DNA of 6,151 nucleotides from an uncultured Erysipelotrichaceae bacterium (GTDB lineage Bacteria; Bacillota_I; Bacilli_A; Erysipelotrichales; Erysipelotrichaceae): NCBI GenBank assembly GCA_964401865.1, contig CAYNZZ010000025.1, positions 1 to 6,151 of the forward strand, read 5' to 3'. Shown piece by piece: positions 4,518 to 6,151 of this stretch (position 1 is its first letter; each line of letters starts with the position of its first letter). The notes under the pieces were generated by a model. It saw only the letters and a program-made list of their open reading frames with translations, ran no database searches and was not told where the DNA came from. The position numbers and the translations under genes were made by a program.

Positions 4518-6151
4518 GAAGAAGATGTATTTTATTTGGTCGAATATGGAAATAATAAAAAAGAAGTAATTGATGAATTTTCAAGTTTTAGTAGTGCATA
4601 TCGTTATTTTCGTAATGTTAAGGATGAATACGATAATTTGGCTATTGTAAGTGATGATAATGTACTGCTTATGGAATATGGAGTTGTCGAATTTAAAACC
4701 GATGATAGTTGTGCTTATACGGTTGAATACGAAGATATAAACAATGGTAAGCAATCGAATTTAAATGGTTGTTATGCAATTGATGGTGCATATATTTCTA
4801 CTTCCAGTAATGCTAGAGATGTTACATTTAAAGTTGCGGGCGCCTATGGAAAAACAAGTATTGAAAATGTAATTTTGCATCCGATTGATAGCTTAGATAT
4901 GCGTTTATCGTCATATATTGTAGTTGATGGAATATTATATCATGAAGTAAAAACACAACTTGTTCAAGATTTTTATTCGACTAGTATATCTTTAGGAGAA
5001 GCACCGGAATATCTTGAAGAAAGTATTGGTTATTTTAGCTATGATGGTCATTATTTTTATAATGATTTTAAAGCTATGATAGATGATTATAACAATGAAG
5101 AAACCGTTAGAGCAATCAATGCAGATTCTCCGTATTATAATTATTATCAGTATCTTCCTCATCGAACTATTACTAATTATAGTTATGAAGAAATAAGAAC
5201 ATATTTTGACGAGATTTTATGTTTTGATCGTAAGTTACAAAAATATGAGGATTTTAATGTGGATAATGCGAATGATGTTGTAAACCAATCGCAGTATTAT
5301 GGTGAACTGCAATCTTTTTTTGAATATCAAAATATTTATGGCGCTAATGCGCTAATGATGCTGTCGATATCAATGAATGAATCGTCATACGGAAAATCTT
5401 TAAATTCTTTTGTGAATAATAATTTATTTGCTCATGCCGCTTTTGATAACGAAGAAGAAAGAAACGCTTCTAGATATAGCGACTTAGAAAAATCTGTATA
5501 TTCACATGCAAAGTATTACATCTCTTCCCGTTTTGCTAATCATCTAAGCTCTGTTTACAATGGCTCTTTTTTTGGCAACAAAGCAAGCGGTATGAATATT
5601 CAATACTCTAACGATCCTTATTGGGGAGAAAAAGCTGCCAGTAATTATTATACTTTAGATAAAACTCTTGGTTCTAAAGATGACAATGCTTATGCACTTG
5701 GGCTGATTTATTATGCTAATTCTTTACCTGTATATCGCGATAGTTCTTTAAGTGAAACAAAGATGACGCTAAGAAATATCAGTGATTTTTCGTTTGTGAT
5801 ATTAGAAGAAAACGATAACTATTACAAAGTTCAATTGGATAGCTCAAATGATAGTGATAATTATACATATAATTTTAATGAATGTGTAGGGTACATAGAG
5901 AAAAATGATATTGATGTCATTATTAATAAAGATGAAATATTAAATAGAGAATATGTAACTATTACTATCGATGCCAATGGCGGAAAGATAAACAATTTTG
6001 ATGAAGTTAGTTTTAATGTTTTGAAGGGGCAAAAACCTTATATCAATTCAATTGATAGAGATGGTTACAAATGGGTAACTTTTGATAGCGAATTAGAAGA
6101 TGCGAATGCAGATAAAAAATATGTTGCCGAATATATTAAAATAGACTCTGT
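4449..6151 (+). CDS. Secreted multidomain peptidoglycan hydrolase, GH73 N-acetylglucosaminidase family (3'-truncated by the window end; at least 567 aa)
   Basis: This ORF is not in the supplied track because it has no stop in the window. I translated it by hand from ATG 4449 to 6149 and found no stop. The ATG overlaps the upstream TGA (ATGA). Its parts are an N-terminal signal peptide, GH73 motifs, an SH3b-like module and a Flg_new repeat, each listed separately. Confidence 0.85.
   Translation, partial: MKCKILFFVVAISMLFTGIVISAEEDVFYLVEYGNNKKEVIDEFSSFSSAYRYFRNVKDEYDNLAIVSDDNVLLMEYGVVEFKTDDSCAYTVEYEDINNGKQSNLNGCYAIDGAYISTSSNARDVTFKVAGAYGKTSIENVILHPIDSLDMRLSSYIVVDGILYHEVKTQLVQDFYSTSISLGEAPEYLEESIGYFSYDGHYFYNDFKAMIDDYNNEETVRAINADSPYYNYYQYLPHRTITNYSYEEIRTYFDEILCFDRKLQKYEDFNVDNANDVVNQSQYYGELQSFFEYQNIYGANALMMLSISMNESSYGKSLNSFVNNNLFAHAAFDNEEERNASRYSDLEKSVYSHAKYYISSRFANHLSSVYNGSFFGNKASGMNIQYSNDPYWGEKAASNYYTLDKTLGSKDDNAYALGLIYYANSLPVYRDSSLSETKMTLRNISDFSFVILEENDNYYKVQLDSSNDSDNYTYNFNECVGYIEKNDIDVIINKDEILNREYVTITIDANGGKINNFDEVSFNVLKGQKPYINSIDRDGYKWVTFDSELEDANADKKYVAEYIKIDS
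5286..5663 (+). other. GH73 (mannosyl-glycoprotein endo-beta-N-acetylglucosaminidase) catalytic domain
   Basis: ALMMLSISMNESSYGKSLNSFVNNNLFAHAAF matches the family pattern A.a.lESgwG.S.la...nNlFGik, with the candidate catalytic Glu codon at 5379..5381 (aa 311). The distal motif IQYSNDPYWGEKAASNYY matches YatDp.Y..ki. Confidence 0.85.
5688..5921 (+). other. SH3b-like cell-wall binding module
   Basis: ANSLPVYRDSSLSETKMTLRNISDFSFVILEENDNYYKVQLD...CVGYIEKNDIDVI fits the SH3_3 pattern 'a..lnVRsgps....vig.l.kg..v.vl.e..gwykV...g..GWv....l'. Tyr replaces the usual Trp at two positions. Confidence 0.5.
5949..6151 (+). repeat. Listeria-Bacteroides repeat (Flg_new type) protein module, first copy; more may follow beyond the window
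   Basis: YVTITIDANGGKINNFDEVSFNVLKGQKPYINSIDRDGYKWVTFDSELEDANADKKYVAEY fits the pattern ytVtFdanGG......v..G.k...P.p.reGYtF.gWy.......f......lyA.w. Confidence 0.6.

Noticed and set aside
567-6151. Alternative reading as a conjugation module: an FtsK-like coupling protein (TcpA/Orf21-type) plus a peptidoglycan hydrolase (TcpG/CwlT-type)
   Set aside because: Coupling proteins of Firmicutes conjugative elements are much shorter, with a single FtsK domain directly after the TM segments. This protein instead has the FHA-like N-terminus, the EssC juxtamembrane motif (YNKDVDKQRNDY), a D0 region with the ...IPH... motif, tandem FtsK-like modules and the EssC-type C-terminus. There is no relaxase, oriT-like repeat or integrase in the window. 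The idea remains formally testable by examining the flanks.
1-6151. Scan for tRNA, rRNA, CRISPR repeats, IS or transposase ends, long direct or inverted repeats, and rho-independent terminators
   Set aside because: The + strand is coding nearly end to end. Visual inspection found no repeat-spacer periodicity, terminal inverted repeats, or GC-rich stem followed by a T-tract. A computational repeat search could still find short repeats that I missed.

Overview
Strongly AT-rich window, apparently using the standard code: TGG encodes Trp throughout, and TAA, TAG and TGA all serve as stops. This fits a low-GC Firmicutes-type genome. All credible coding is on the + strand with no intergenic space. 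(1) Positions 2..169 hold the 3' end of an unidentified ORF. (2) The same frame stays open after a single TAA and ends (341..577 in the ORF track) in a bacterial Ig-like (Big_2-type) domain. (3) 567..4202 encodes a 1211-aa EssC/YukBA-type FtsK/SpoIIIE ATPase, the motor of a Firmicutes type VII secretion system (T7SSb). (4) 4195..4452 encodes an 85-aa protein whose pattern fits a YukD/EsaB-like beta-grasp fold. (5) 4449..6151 is an ORF running off the window and absent from the supplied track. It encodes a signal-peptide-bearing GH73 N-acetylglucosaminidase with SH3b-like and Listeria-Bacteroides (Flg_new) repeat modules. Every gene junction is a stop/start overlap. The main second-look item is a compact, non-canonical T7SSb-like module. 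Its EssC retains only one intact P-loop (D1), D2 has lost its Walker A, and D3 is roughly half length. The yukD-like gene follows essC rather than preceding it, a peptidoglycan hydrolase is translationally chained to them, and no essB, esaA, essA or WXG100 gene is visible in the window. I found no tRNA, rRNA, CRISPR array, IS element or terminator. All homology statements are motif recognition by eye and from memory, not database searches.
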